A stretch of DNA of 64,000 nt from positions 1 through 64,000 of the forward strand of contig CBFFRQ010000050.1 of the NCBI GenBank assembly GCA_965644315.1, read 5' to 3'. The position numbers were made by a program, and so were the translations under genes. Under the pieces are notes generated by a model that saw nothing but the letters and a program-made list of their open reading frames with translations, was not told where the DNA came from and did not search any database. Every line of letters starts with the position of its first letter. Position 1 is the stretch's first letter. The DNA is from Caecitellus pseudoparvulus (lineage: Eukaryota > Protista > Bigyra: Bicosoecida). Of this stretch, positions 1 to 9,846 are shown piece after piece.

Positions 1-20
1 CCGTCATCAAAATTTTTCCA
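1..20 (+). repeat. Left terminal inverted repeat (terminal CA probably just outside the window)
   Basis: CCGTCATCAAAATTTTTCCA versus the reverse complement of the right end, CACCGTCATGAGATTTTCCA. Confidence 0.75.
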
Positions 21-573
21 CTGGATTTTCCTGGCAACCACGTCGTTGGCGGGTCAGGCTCTCTGGCAAGATTCGCCCCCAGGGCGTTTCAGAGGTCGGG
101 AATGGCGGGGAATGGCATTATTTTGTGTTAACATTGTGTCAAACGCGTTTCGTGCCGGGGGCGCCGCGGCGGGCCGCGCAATGGGAAGGGGCTGGTATGG
201 CGTGGTAGTGGAGGCAGCCTGGGGCACGCCCTCACCCCCCAACGAGGGTCGAAAATCTGGCCATTTTCGCATAAATCGCAGAGGGTACTAAGTTCGATGT
301 GCACATGCCGATGGTTGCATTGGCGCGCGCTGCTTCGCTCTTGATGGCGCGTGAGGCACCTCTAAAGTGGGCCTTTTTGGGCTCCAAGTTCCGCTGAGAC
401 AGCCGACCCGCCAACCGCCTTTGCCAAGTCCCTGACGCCGGCGCACACGCGCGCGTGAAGGCGATTTCCTGCCTCTGTCGTGCATTTTGAGCGCCCTGTG
501 AGAAAGATTTGGCCGATGCGGCACCCCCTGACCGGCCGTCTCAGGCTGTCTTTGGCAAAATCGAGGTGCCGCC

Positions 574-1317
574 TCACGCGTCCGCGGTGGCGCTGCGCTG
601 CTTGCCAACGGGGCCCTGCAGCGCCCAGTGGAAGCGGTAGGAAGCTTTCTCCTCCTCAGTCTTCACAAACCAGGGCGCTTCGTGCACGACTGCCGGGCCA
701 GCCACCCCTCCCCCCGTCACCAGCACCCACGGCTCCGCCTCCGCCTCTGGCCCGTGGTCCACCCTTCCCCACCCCTGCACCTCCGGGGCGCCCACTTTCA
801 GTTGACGACACAAGAGGAGGGTCTCATCAGGCAGATAGCTGCGTGCGTTGACCCGCACTGGCGCCAGGGCCACGGCCACCTCCATCAGTGTCCGCTCCAT
901 GTACCGCTTGCCCTCCCACACAACCATGCACATGACGTCAGCCAGCCCCGGCAACGACAGCCAGTTGGTGTTACCAGAGGGATACTGTAGCCTCACTTTT
1001 GTACACAACGTGAGGGGGGGGCGGTGGCCCGCGTCGTTCCCATCCACAACGTCGTCGGGCTTTAGCTGCACCTCGTGCAAGCCCCCGGGCAACATTGTCG
1101 ACACCTGCCGCTCTCTAAGCCACGCCAAGGCGCTTGCGCCCGCGAGAAAGGACTCTGGGAAGGTCAGCGGCTTGGTAGCGCTGGTGAATCGCGTCACGAT
1201 CGGCCGCATGGCCGTGCCCACCAAGTTCAGTGGGACCTCAGCGCCTGGGTCAGCAGCAGCCCCGGCACAGGCGCCGGCGTCCAGGGAGCGAGAATGCAAT
1301 AGGTTGTGCCAACTCCT
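574..1317 (-). CDS. Probable 3' exon (C-terminal extension) of the transposase, in a second frame
   Basis: Protein-like frame (SWHNLLHSR...YRFHWALQGPVGKQRSATADA) following a pyrimidine-rich CCCTCCCCCAG acceptor near 1317. The donor site is uncertain. Confidence 0.45.
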   Translation of the reverse strand, partial: RSWHNLLHSRSLDAGACAGAAADPGAEVPLNLVGTAMRPIVTRFTSATKPLTFPESFLAGASALAWLRERQVSTMLPGGLHEVQLKPDDVVDGNDAGHRPPLTLCTKVRLQYPSGNTNWLSLPGLADVMCMVVWEGKRYMERTLMEVAVALAPVRVNARSYLPDETLLLCRQLKVGAPEVQGWGRVDHGPEAEAEPWVLVTGGGVAGPAVVHEAPWFVKTEEEKASYRFHWALQGPVGKQRSATADA

Positions 1318-3953
1318 GGGGGAGGGGTGTACCCCGGAGGTAGCGAGTACGGTATACAGCTCATGGCCTGCACGAGGCACACCCTCACTGCAAGCTTGCG
1401 CAAGATGCCGACCTTGCCGCGGTGCACTGTACGTAGCACACGGTTGATTCGAGTGTGCATGGTCTCGCCGTTGTCCGTGTCCACGGTCTCCAGGCTTCCG
1501 TACCAATGCATGTCCAGCGCTATCTGCTGCGCGATGTGAAGCTTGGGGTAGGTAAGGGGCAGAGCCTCCCGGCCGTGGGTCTGCAGCTCGTTGCTGAACA
1601 GCTGGAACACGGTGGCCACACGGGCCATCCACTGGGCCAGACGGCACGCGTCGCCCCGCCCAGCCACTGCCCTGCCGTACGTGAAGCGCAGGACCACGCC
1701 CACGGCCCCATGCAGTGCGTTCAGCAGTTGGCGGACCTTGGGCGGCCCCACGACGGCGTCGTCCGTGCCCACCATAAGGGTCTGCCACCGAGTGAGCCCC
1801 AGCTTGTCCTCGGCAGTGACGGCGTTGCCGGCCGATAGCTTCACCGCCGTGTCCTTCCCCGCCCCGACCACTTGCACACCGTCGATGCGGCGCGGGTATG
1901 GCTGCTGCATGCGTTTCATGAAAGTTGTCTTTCGGGTGTCCTGGGTGAGGGTGCCGGGCACCAGTATGGCCTGCTCCAGCGCGGCCCATGTCCGGTCCCC
2001 CACCACCCCTGACCCCAGCACGTGCAGCCTGTCTGCAGGGCAGGCGTCGTAGCCATTGCCCCCCACGAACAGGGACGCGTGGCGCTCAATGGCGCAAATG
2101 TCTTCTTCGCTCTTCCACCGGATCGTGGCCAGGTCTGCCTGGGCCTGCGCCCTCACAGCTTGGTCGGCTGACTCCACGTTGCGCAGCGCGTCGGCATGGA
2201 AGGTTGCCGAGTGCCGCCTGCAGGTCTTGAGAGCTTCTACGGTCTCGGCGGTGGGACGGAGTTCGGGGTTTGCCCGTGCTTGCTGGCCCCCACTCCGCCA
2301 TGCCAGCGCGCAAGAGCACCGCGGAGGCCTCCCATGGACAGAGTTCAGCAGCTGCCACCTCTCGGCGGTGTCTGCGCAGATGGCGCCGATGAGCGGCCAC
2401 ACGCGGGCAGTGAATGACAGTGTAGAGTCCCCAAGCCGCGCCTCTATCACGTCAACGCCCAGGGTTTGAAGCCCGGCCACTTGGTCAGCATTCACAGGGA
2501 TCCAGAGCCCCCCCTGGGCGTGGATATCTGCAAGAGGCTCCAGCAGCACAGCGGAGAGCTGTGCCTGGTGAACTCTGTACTTGGCACGCTTCACCGCTTC
2601 CGCAGTCCCCTTAAAGTCCATGTCCTTTAGAGGCATGAAGGCGAGAACTCCCGCGGCACCCAGGCTTCGAGCTTCACGGGGACTTAGTTGCATGGGCCGG
2701 ACGCTCAGGGGTGTGATGGCCGTCTTCGGTTGGCGGAAGGGGTGAGCCTCGTCCATGAAGACGTTGATGACAAACGGCAGCGCGTGGTGCTCGAGGGCTG
2801 TTCGAGAGGCTGCTTGGGCACAGGGGCTCTCACTGAAACAGGATACGGTTCCATCCTGGGGCTCCTGTGCGCCCGCCATCGTGTGCGCCTGCAAGCGGCC
2901 ACCTCTCCAGAACGGCCCAGCCAAGGGGGGGGTATCCGTGTCGCACAAAGATCGCCGGTGCCTTCGGAATGCTTCGAGTGCAATGGCGTCACTTTCGCGG
3001 AAGGCAGCGCAGACACTCTCGGCCAGCGTGCGAGTCATGGGGGTGTCAATCCCCGACGTGTGCATGGGGTCTGGGACACCTCTCGTGGCCGGCCGGGCTG
3101 GCAAGCACTCGACGGGCACCCGAGCCAGCGCGTGGACAAGCCAATCTCGTAGTTTGACACCGTGGATCGGCCAGCTGTGGCGGGCGTTGCCTCGCCGGTC
3201 GTGCGCCTCGGGGGGCAGCTTGGCGTGCACCACGCCCGGCATGCAGACGCTGGGGTCTCCTTGGAACTTGTGAGCCAAACGCTCCATGGCCTCGTGCGGC
3301 TGAACCGGCTTCCTTCCACGGATCCGTGCCTGGCATGTGCATCCTTCCGTGTCCGACATGCACTGCTTCCACAGGCCAGTCAAAAGATTCAACACGGATG
3401 CCGAACTAGCGTCAGTCGTCAAGATCGCTTTCAGCATGTAGTTTTCCCTCCGCAGGTGTTCCATCGCCTTCGCGTCAAGCCGCATGCGAGCCTGGATCGC
3501 CTGGCACGCGGCTTCGGCGTCAACCTCCCGGGATTCGGGTGCCGTGCTGCCAGTTGGCTGGAGCTGAATGCCTTCGGCCCCTGGTCCAGGAAAGGCCCTC
3601 TCCCACAAGGCTGTCTCGAACCCCGTCTCTGCATCGCTGTCGCTGTCAGAGTCTGGCACAAAGGCCTCATCGTCAGGCGTGGATGGGGGCGAATGCTCCG
3701 CCGGGGCCACCCCTGCTGTGGACTGTTCGAGGGAGGCATGGGCGCCAACGAAAGTCTTTTCAAGCTCTTCCGGGAGGGTGGGTTCGGAATCTTCGGCAAG
3801 TCGCGCAAGCTTCGCCCGCCGTTGACTGGCCGCTGCCAGCCGTCGCTCACGTGCCACATCCTTGCACCTAGTCCTGTAGTGCCGAGTAAGGCCCCGCTGA
3901 GTTGTGAAAGGGCGTTTACAAACGGGACATTCAAAACTTGCTGGATTGGACAT
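1227..3953 (-). CDS. Plavaka/CACTA-like DDE transposase with N-terminal C2H2-like zinc finger
   Basis: FECPVCKRPFTTQRGLTRHYRTRC zinc finger. Motifs PFVINVFMDE, PLIGAICADTAE, PADRLHVLGSGV and YPKLH...YGSLETVDTDNGETMH match the D..D..DxxH..KxH..E pattern of CMC/Plavaka transposases. The ORF is open from 4187; the likely Met is at 3953. Confidence 0.8.
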   Translation of the reverse strand: MSNPASFECPVCKRPFTTQRGLTRHYRTRCKDVARERRLAAASQRRAKLARLAEDSEPTLPEELEKTFVGAHASLEQSTAGVAPAEHSPPSTPDDEAFVPDSDSDSDAETGFETALWERAFPGPGAEGIQLQPTGSTAPESREVDAEAACQAIQARMRLDAKAMEHLRRENYMLKAILTTDASSASVLNLLTGLWKQCMSDTEGCTCQARIRGRKPVQPHEAMERLAHKFQGDPSVCMPGVVHAKLPPEAHDRRGNARHSWPIHGVKLRDWLVHALARVPVECLPARPATRGVPDPMHTSGIDTPMTRTLAESVCAAFRESDAIALEAFRRHRRSLCDTDTPPLAGPFWRGGRLQAHTMAGAQEPQDGTVSCFSESPCAQAASRTALEHHALPFVINVFMDEAHPFRQPKTAITPLSVRPMQLSPREARSLGAAGVLAFMPLKDMDFKGTAEAVKRAKYRVHQAQLSAVLLEPLADIHAQGGLWIPVNADQVAGLQTLGVDVIEARLGDSTLSFTARVWPLIGAICADTAERWQLLNSVHGRPPRCSCALAWRSGGQQARANPELRPTAETVEALKTCRRHSATFHADALRNVESADQAVRAQAQADLATIRWKSEEDICAIERHASLFVGGNGYDACPADRLHVLGSGVVGDRTWAALEQAILVPGTLTQDTRKTTFMKRMQQPYPRRIDGVQVVGAGKDTAVKLSAGNAVTAEDKLGLTRWQTLMVGTDDAVVGPPKVRQLLNALHGAVGVVLRFTYGRAVAGRGDACRLAQWMARVATVFQLFSNELQTHGREALPLTYPKLHIAQQIALDMHWYGSLETVDTDNGETMHTRINRVLRTVHRGKVGILRKLAVRVCLVQAMSCIPYSLPPGYTPPPGVGTTYCILAPWTPAPVPGLLLTQALRSH

Positions 3954-4498
3954 GCTTGACTGCGTCTGTGACCAATGAGTGGAGCTGAGTGATTCAAATG
4001 CCCAGCGCCACAGTGCGTGCTTACCGCATGCCCACAGCGAATGCATTAAGTTCGCAACCGAGAGCAGGGACACAGGAAGAATGCACACAATGCGGCCCCC
4101 AGACGCACCTGTCGCTGGAACTGCAGGATGGGGGGAGTGCAGGTGCTGAGGCGTGGTGGTGCAGTTTCCGTACTGGTGTGTGAACAAGAACCTTCCGGGG
4201 CTGCACCAGCATCGCGGACAGCAGGCAGGGTGATCTTCGTGGGAGGGGATATGGTCGAACTATAGCAGGTTGAGGTGACTGATCAGGCTCTGCGCGCAGT
4301 GTCGGCCGTCATGGTACAGGCTGCGCGGCGCCGTGATGCTGACGGAGGAGGGGGGGGGGTGGCCGTCGAGCACGAAGCACGACGCACACGCCACTTGGCG
4401 CGCCAGGTCATCTCCCAGACGCCATCGAACTTCTCACAACCATCTTCAGCGCCTTGTATGCCACCATACCGCTCGAGCCCTTCTCCCTCCCTGCAAAG

Positions 4499-6445
4499 AT
4501 GGCCCAACAAACCACATTTGAGGATTGCGGTCTTTCACCCCCCGAAGCCAAACTGGCAATCAGGAAGGAGGTACAGTCCCTGGATCGGATACTGAGGGCA
4601 ACTCACGCGACACAGGTCACCTGTGCCAAAATGGCTGACAAAACCTTGCCACACCCCTCGTTCGAAACCTGGCAGGAGGACCTGACTGGCGCCAGCGGCA
4701 CGTCACGCCTGTGCACTGTACAGCACCGCATCATATCACGCTTTCACTACAACGCATTGTCACTATGAGGCACAGGGATAGCACTTCAAGAGCACCTCGC
4801 CAAGATGCACGGTGAGATGACGAGCAGTTCAAGGCAATCGAGTGCGGAGGGTGCGTACGGAACTCGCTGCAGCCGGTGACAGTGGCGAGGCCGCTCACAC
4901 AGCACGAGCTGGGTTCCATAGCCCTTTGTCCTAAGTCGGATTTCGTCCTCGTTCGCAGTGTCCCACGGAAACGCGTTGGCTATGCATGTTGCCCAGACCA
5001 GCGAGGTGCCACGGATGCTGGACGTGGAGGCCTTCCACGTGCGGGATCCGGGCCTTCGTGAGAGGGCGACCCAAGCATCCGTGGTGGTCAATCGAGGACT
5101 TCTCCAGCTGTTGTTTGCTCGGACGGTCTCCCTGGAGTACCAGGTGGTATACTTGGCAGGTAGACTTGACAAGGTGCAGGGGGTGGTCGCCGACCAAGTG
5201 ACCCCTGCGAAGCGAAAGGACCACAGCGCCAACAGCAGCGAGTTGTTCATGGCCAACCACATGGACGCCATTGGGAAGCCTCGTTTGACAACCAAGCTGA
5301 AAAAATTCCCCACCCAGCGGAAAGGGAAGGAAGACAAATATGGGAGCCTTCTCACACTCATGTGCACAGACGCCGCGCTGGCCGTCTCCGGAGGGCTGCT
5401 GGGCTCTGCCCTGGCAGTACACGATGAACTTCGTCGTGTCGCTGGACTCACAACTCCAGCTCTATCTTTCCCCCTCGCACGACTTGAGGGCTTTTGTGAG
5501 CTTCTCAAGGAGAGAGTGTCTGCTGGAGGAGCTGGCGCCCCCCATCCTTGGGTAGACACCAAACGTCTGCTGGGTGGGGTGACCTTGGGGGTTGTCCGGG
5601 ACGCATGCAAGAAGCTGCGAAGTGCGGTACAGCGGATCCTGCAGCCAGGTCAGGCTGCACAAAAGGAGCGTGTTGCCAAGGCGCTGAAGACTCTGTGTCC
5701 CAAGGCAGAAGCTGAGCCCCTTCGCTGCAAGAGGTACGCTGTCTGTCCTCCCCACGTCGACTCCATCAACATCTCAGACCGCCAGTTCGTCGACGAACCG
5801 CCCACCAGGAGGAACATGGACTTCCTCTCATGGGAAGGCGCGAACGGCGCCGCCCTTGCCATGGAAGAGGTGAGTCGCCGCCAACGAGCACGTTTTGAAG
5901 CAGTCAGCGCATTTGTGACGGCCGACACCCCCTTCGACTATGTGAGCCTGCTGGCAGCATCCGAGGTTCAGGCCCTCTGCAGCCGAGGTGCCGAGCAACC
6001 TGGAGGCGGAGGTCTGGAGGGCGATGGGCAGACATCTCACCCCCTTGCAGCAATGCTGTATCTCACCAGGGTGATGCTTGGCGTCATCCGAGACCAAGCG
6101 TATAGCCTCGCTCGCGACGTCCCGCAACTTCCGATCGACGCCCAGTGGCACACACTCAGTCACTCGCAACTGTACATTGCTGCCACCGTGTTCGGGCCTA
6201 TTTGGACGTTCTTACGAGGTGAGGATGGATGCGCCATAACCTGGGGGTATATCACCAAGGCCTTTCAAGATTCGATGATGGAAGACCCAAAGGTCTTGGC
6301 GCAAAAGGTACAAGCACGGGTCGCTGAAACACTGAAAGGCCAGGGAAAGGGCACAAAGCGCCAACTCAGCGACCCCACGAAAGACTTGGAACCGGACACC
6401 AAGCGCCGACTCAACGCATATAAGGCGCTTTTGTTGAATACATAG
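4499..6445 (+). CDS. Transposon ORF2, unknown function; spliced, with one in-frame TGA at 4766
   Basis: Exon 1 (4499-4811, MAQQTTFED...) and exon 2 (4959-6445, the 495-aa ORF) join in frame across a GTGAG...TTCGCAG intron at 4812-4958. There is an in-frame TGA at 4766-4768. Confidence 0.6.
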
Positions 6446-7491
6446 GTTGCCATTGGCAGCCTGGGGCATACCTGCAGGCTCCCCCTTGATCGGGGAGGGG
6501 CGGGCGTCCCTGTGGGCCAAAATGCACCCGAGCCCTTCGCTAGGTCTTTGCTCAAGGCAGTGTCAGGTTGCATAGGCCCTAGAGCGCCTCCAAAAGCCCA
6601 CAGGACCTGATGGGAAGACCCTCGATCTTGGCAGCAGAGCCACACACCCCCCCCTCCCCCAGGTGGGGGGTGCACTTGCGCAGTGTGGGCACAACTGGCA
6701 TTCACTCCACTTGCCACCGCCGAGATACTTGTAAGCGTTTTGCATTCACGAGTCCCACAGTTGACGTGAGGCTGCCGGGAGGCCAGCTGCGCACACCTGT
6801 CAGCACTGGCGTTTCCGGCGCGCTTGACCTGAACCACAAGCTTTGCTCCACTCTATACGCCGCCCTCCCCTGTGCAGAAACTCATGTAGTTGAACAATAT
6901 CCTGGCACAATATTTGCTTCGGCCCCCAGACTCGACCCTCGACACATGCAGGGGGCCCCACTGCGGAATGTGAGTGTTGGCGTTGGAAGGCTGCGTTAAC
7001 GCCCAGCCTCACCGTAGTGACACGCTCCCCGCCACGCCCCCTGCCGCCAGATCTTGCTTTTTGGAACTATGAAGTCATCATGAATGCCGATCTCTCTCAC
7101 GTGGTAGTCTGAGCGGTGCGTTGCTGCATTGGAGGTTCCCGCGTTGCCGTGGCGTCTCCTGCACCCGCCGTGTCACTCCCCCGAACGCCGCTGGCAGCTG
7201 CTGCCCCGTAAAGAGCAAAGATAAACCCAAGACTAATACGATGCCTTGATCGAGATCAGACACTGCGGGTGTGTTGGTGAAGAGCACCCCCTTCCGTGAT
7301 GCATGGGTGGGTAAGGAGAGCCTCCCTCACATGCACCCCCGCTCCGCTCCCGTGCAGGCGACAGCGACGACCGAAACCTGAGACGTCTCACACACAGGAG
7401 GAGAGGCAGGGGTGGCACAGGGGTGGCACAAGCCAGTACCAGGTGCAGTGCCGGGGTGGAAACACCAGGCGCGCAAACAATTCATTCCACG

Positions 7492-7530
7492 ACGTCGTTG
7501 GCGGGTAAACCCGCCAAACACCCGCCAACC
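7492..7530. repeat. Subterminal repeat cluster (TTGGCGGG/CCCGCCAA) including a 9-bp inverted pair
   Basis: TTGGCGGGT-AA-ACCCGCCAA (7498-7517) plus CCCGCCAACC (7521-7530). The same motif occurs at 46-53 and near 407-416. Confidence 0.7.
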
Positions 7531-7586
7531 TCTCAGGCCTTATTTGGGAACCCGGCAACAAGCCCGCCGCCGGGTTCGGAGGGGCC

Positions 7587-7606
7587 TGGAAAATCTCATG
7601 ACGGTG
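7587..7606 (-). repeat. Right terminal inverted repeat, ending ...ATGACGGTG (5'-CAC end on the minus strand)
   Basis: TGGAAAATCTCATGACGGTG. Confidence 0.75.
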
Positions 7607-8365
7607 CACCGCCTCACCCCCGCTCTCAGCACTCCCCACCGCACTCGGACACACGCTCACCAGCACCACGCGCACTGATGACCCGCCAGCCCCTCCCCAT
7701 CGGCACGCCCCAGCCCTCACAGCTGCGCTGCACTGCCCCTCCACGCCACCATCCCAACCCGCTGTCAACAGCACCAACACGTCCACGCCAGCCACACCCT
7801 CAACCAACGACCGACGGCACTGCACGCCTGTGCTCCCCACCTCACACTGCGGACCAGACCCCACATACGCCTCTGGCACGACCACAGACCCCACACCCTC
7901 CACGCTGCACTGCGCACGGAGCGCCATGTACCAAGTGCCGCACTGCGACACGCACCGCTCTGCACCGCACCACTCGCTACGCACCATGTCACCCTCCCCC
8001 GCCTCCATGCACAGCCCCAGATGCTCGTCATACACACTGCACCCTGAATGCACCATGAAACCTGCCTCGCCCGCATCCGCCTGCGCACACACACGCACCA
8101 CAGTCAACAACGCCACCTCACCCACTCCCAAGCATCACCCCCTCGCCACGCCCAGCACACTCACTTGCACACCCTGGAATGCCCCCACCAGCATGCCCCC
8201 CACAGAGGACTGCAGGGACTCCCGCATCACGCTGTCCACGCCCCCCACCACCTCCACCGCTAGCCGGGGCGGGGCGCTGGCAGCATGGGGAAAGCTGGCC
8301 TGGCTGCCTGCCAGGAGCAGGGCTGTGCAGGCCAGCACGAGGCTGGCCGTGTAAGCTGAAGCCAT
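7607..8365 (-). pseudogene. 5' part of a signal-peptide-bearing protein gene, interrupted by the transposon and containing an in-frame TGA
   Basis: MASAYTASLVLACTALLLAGSQA looks like a signal peptide. ORFs 8135-8365 and 7388-8131 share one frame separated only by TGA (8135-8137). The frame runs straight into the right TIR. Confidence 0.55.
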
Positions 8366-8602
8366 AGTGGAAACAAGGAGGAGTTCTCGAACCAGTTCAC
8401 GTGGCTCGGGCTTTGTTTGTTATTTTAATTGGATTTGGAGCACGCTTTGGTTTATATCTTGGCTTGCTGGCAGCTCCTGGTCCATTGCAACTCGACGGGA
8501 AGGTTGAAGCATCGCTGCCTCGCGCCGTGCGCCTTGCATTGGCGCGTAAAACCTGCTAGTGACGTCCACATGTAGGATTCGGGCCTATAGCGTCGCACGG
8601 AA

Positions 8603-9586
8603 TCAGGCTGGGGCCAGGCCGGCCAAGTGATCTTGTTTCACGTACACAGTGGCAGGCGCCGCCCCTTCGCCCTGAATGTGGAGGCTCAGCTGGCCTGGTG
8701 GTGCACGCAACCAGCTGCCTTCATCAAGGCACTGAGTATCAAGAGGCTTCCTGGGAGTGTCAAGAGTGCTGCAGCATGAGCTGACCAGCCCCACGACCGC
8801 ACTGGCACGTGCGCTGGGACTTACCCAACTTGCAAGCAGCCTTTCACGACAAAGAGCTCTGCACCTTGGGAAGAACTCAACACGTATGAATGGCCAGGAT
8901 CAAGCTGAACCAGGCGTATGCTTTCTGGGTAGTCTTTCTCGTCGTACAGAGTGAGCTGGCGCACGCCGTCTGAGACTGAGCGCCAGCCGGGGTTAGTCCT
9001 CCAGTCCTGCACCAGAACTTTTGGTCTGCGAGGCCCCGGGAACTGACGAAGTTTAACGAACAGCTCACATCCGTCCTTGGATCGAGGTGCGTGGCGGAAA
9101 GAGCTGGGATTCATCAAAAACGTCCCTTCTGCGGCAGGAGCAAAGGGGGCAGAGCGTGGGATGCGCTCAGACGCAAGGCATCCACGAAGCAAGCTGACCT
9201 GGGTAGTCCCCCGAATCATCGGAAAACGTCCCTCGGAGCACAAGTATCTCCTCCCCATCTGGGTGGCCGTGCTCGTGAAACGTGGATGCCGCCGCGTACT
9301 GGACGACTGAGGTCACTCGACCTGCCTCAGCAGGGCCACTGAGCTCTAGGCGCTTGCGCCAAACAGATGCGGAGGGTGATGGCGCCCAGCGCATGCGCCT
9401 AGTGCTGGCCACTTCAAATTTGGAGAAGTCCGCGCGCAGCTGGCTGCTTGGAGCGCCACCCTCCGGGAGTTTTGTCGCTGGAGAGCAGCTCACACCTGTG
9501 GTGCGGGTAAGCCAGCTGCTTGCCACTGGGCCGACGAATGCAGCAGCAAGAGCCAGGCCAGGACGCGTGAAAGTCGTAGCAGCCAT
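8603..9586 (-). CDS. ChrR-like double-cupin protein (Cupin_7), 2 introns
   Basis: WAPSPSASVWRKRLE...RVTSVVQY...FHEHGHPDGEEILVLRGTFSDDSGDYP|EGTFLMNPSSFRHAPRSKDGCELFVKLRQF is a typical ChrR-like cupin signature. The frames are joined by GT-AG introns. Confidence 0.85.
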
Positions 9587-9846
9587 TTTAAAGAAGAGTC
9601 TCCGCACCGTGGACAGTAGCTAGGTGGCTTGTGAGGCTGGTGAGGAGCGAGGAAGAGAAGCGATGCGGCGTGGTGGGGAGCAGATTCCGCAGAATGCACA
9701 ACTGCCTGGCTCCTAGCTCTCCCGAGCGACCGGCGTGAAGTGCCAAGAGCTGAGGAAAGATTGGTTTGGCTGAATTCTCCTTGTGGATTGCCTGAAGGCC
9801 TGCCTCAGCCATACCCCCGGCTCAGGCGTGGAGGTTGTGGCGTGCC

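Larger units (their letters stand above)
1..7606. mobile_element. TIR DNA transposon, Plavaka/CACTA-like (CMC group), about 7.6 kb
   Basis: The left end CCGTCATCAAAATTTTTCCA (1-20) is an imperfect inverted repeat of TGGAAAATCTCATGACGG(TG) (7587-7606). A shared subterminal motif ACGTCGTTGGCGGGT lies at 40-54 and 7492-7506. The element encloses a DDE-type transposase, and base composition changes abruptly after 7606. Confidence 0.85.

Noticed and set aside
4766-8137. Two in-frame TGAs (4766 and 8135) as evidence of a variant genetic code
   Set aside because: Both lie in TE-associated loci, and conserved genes here (e.g. CDC27, ARPC1, TS, SLC35F6) terminate at TGA normally.
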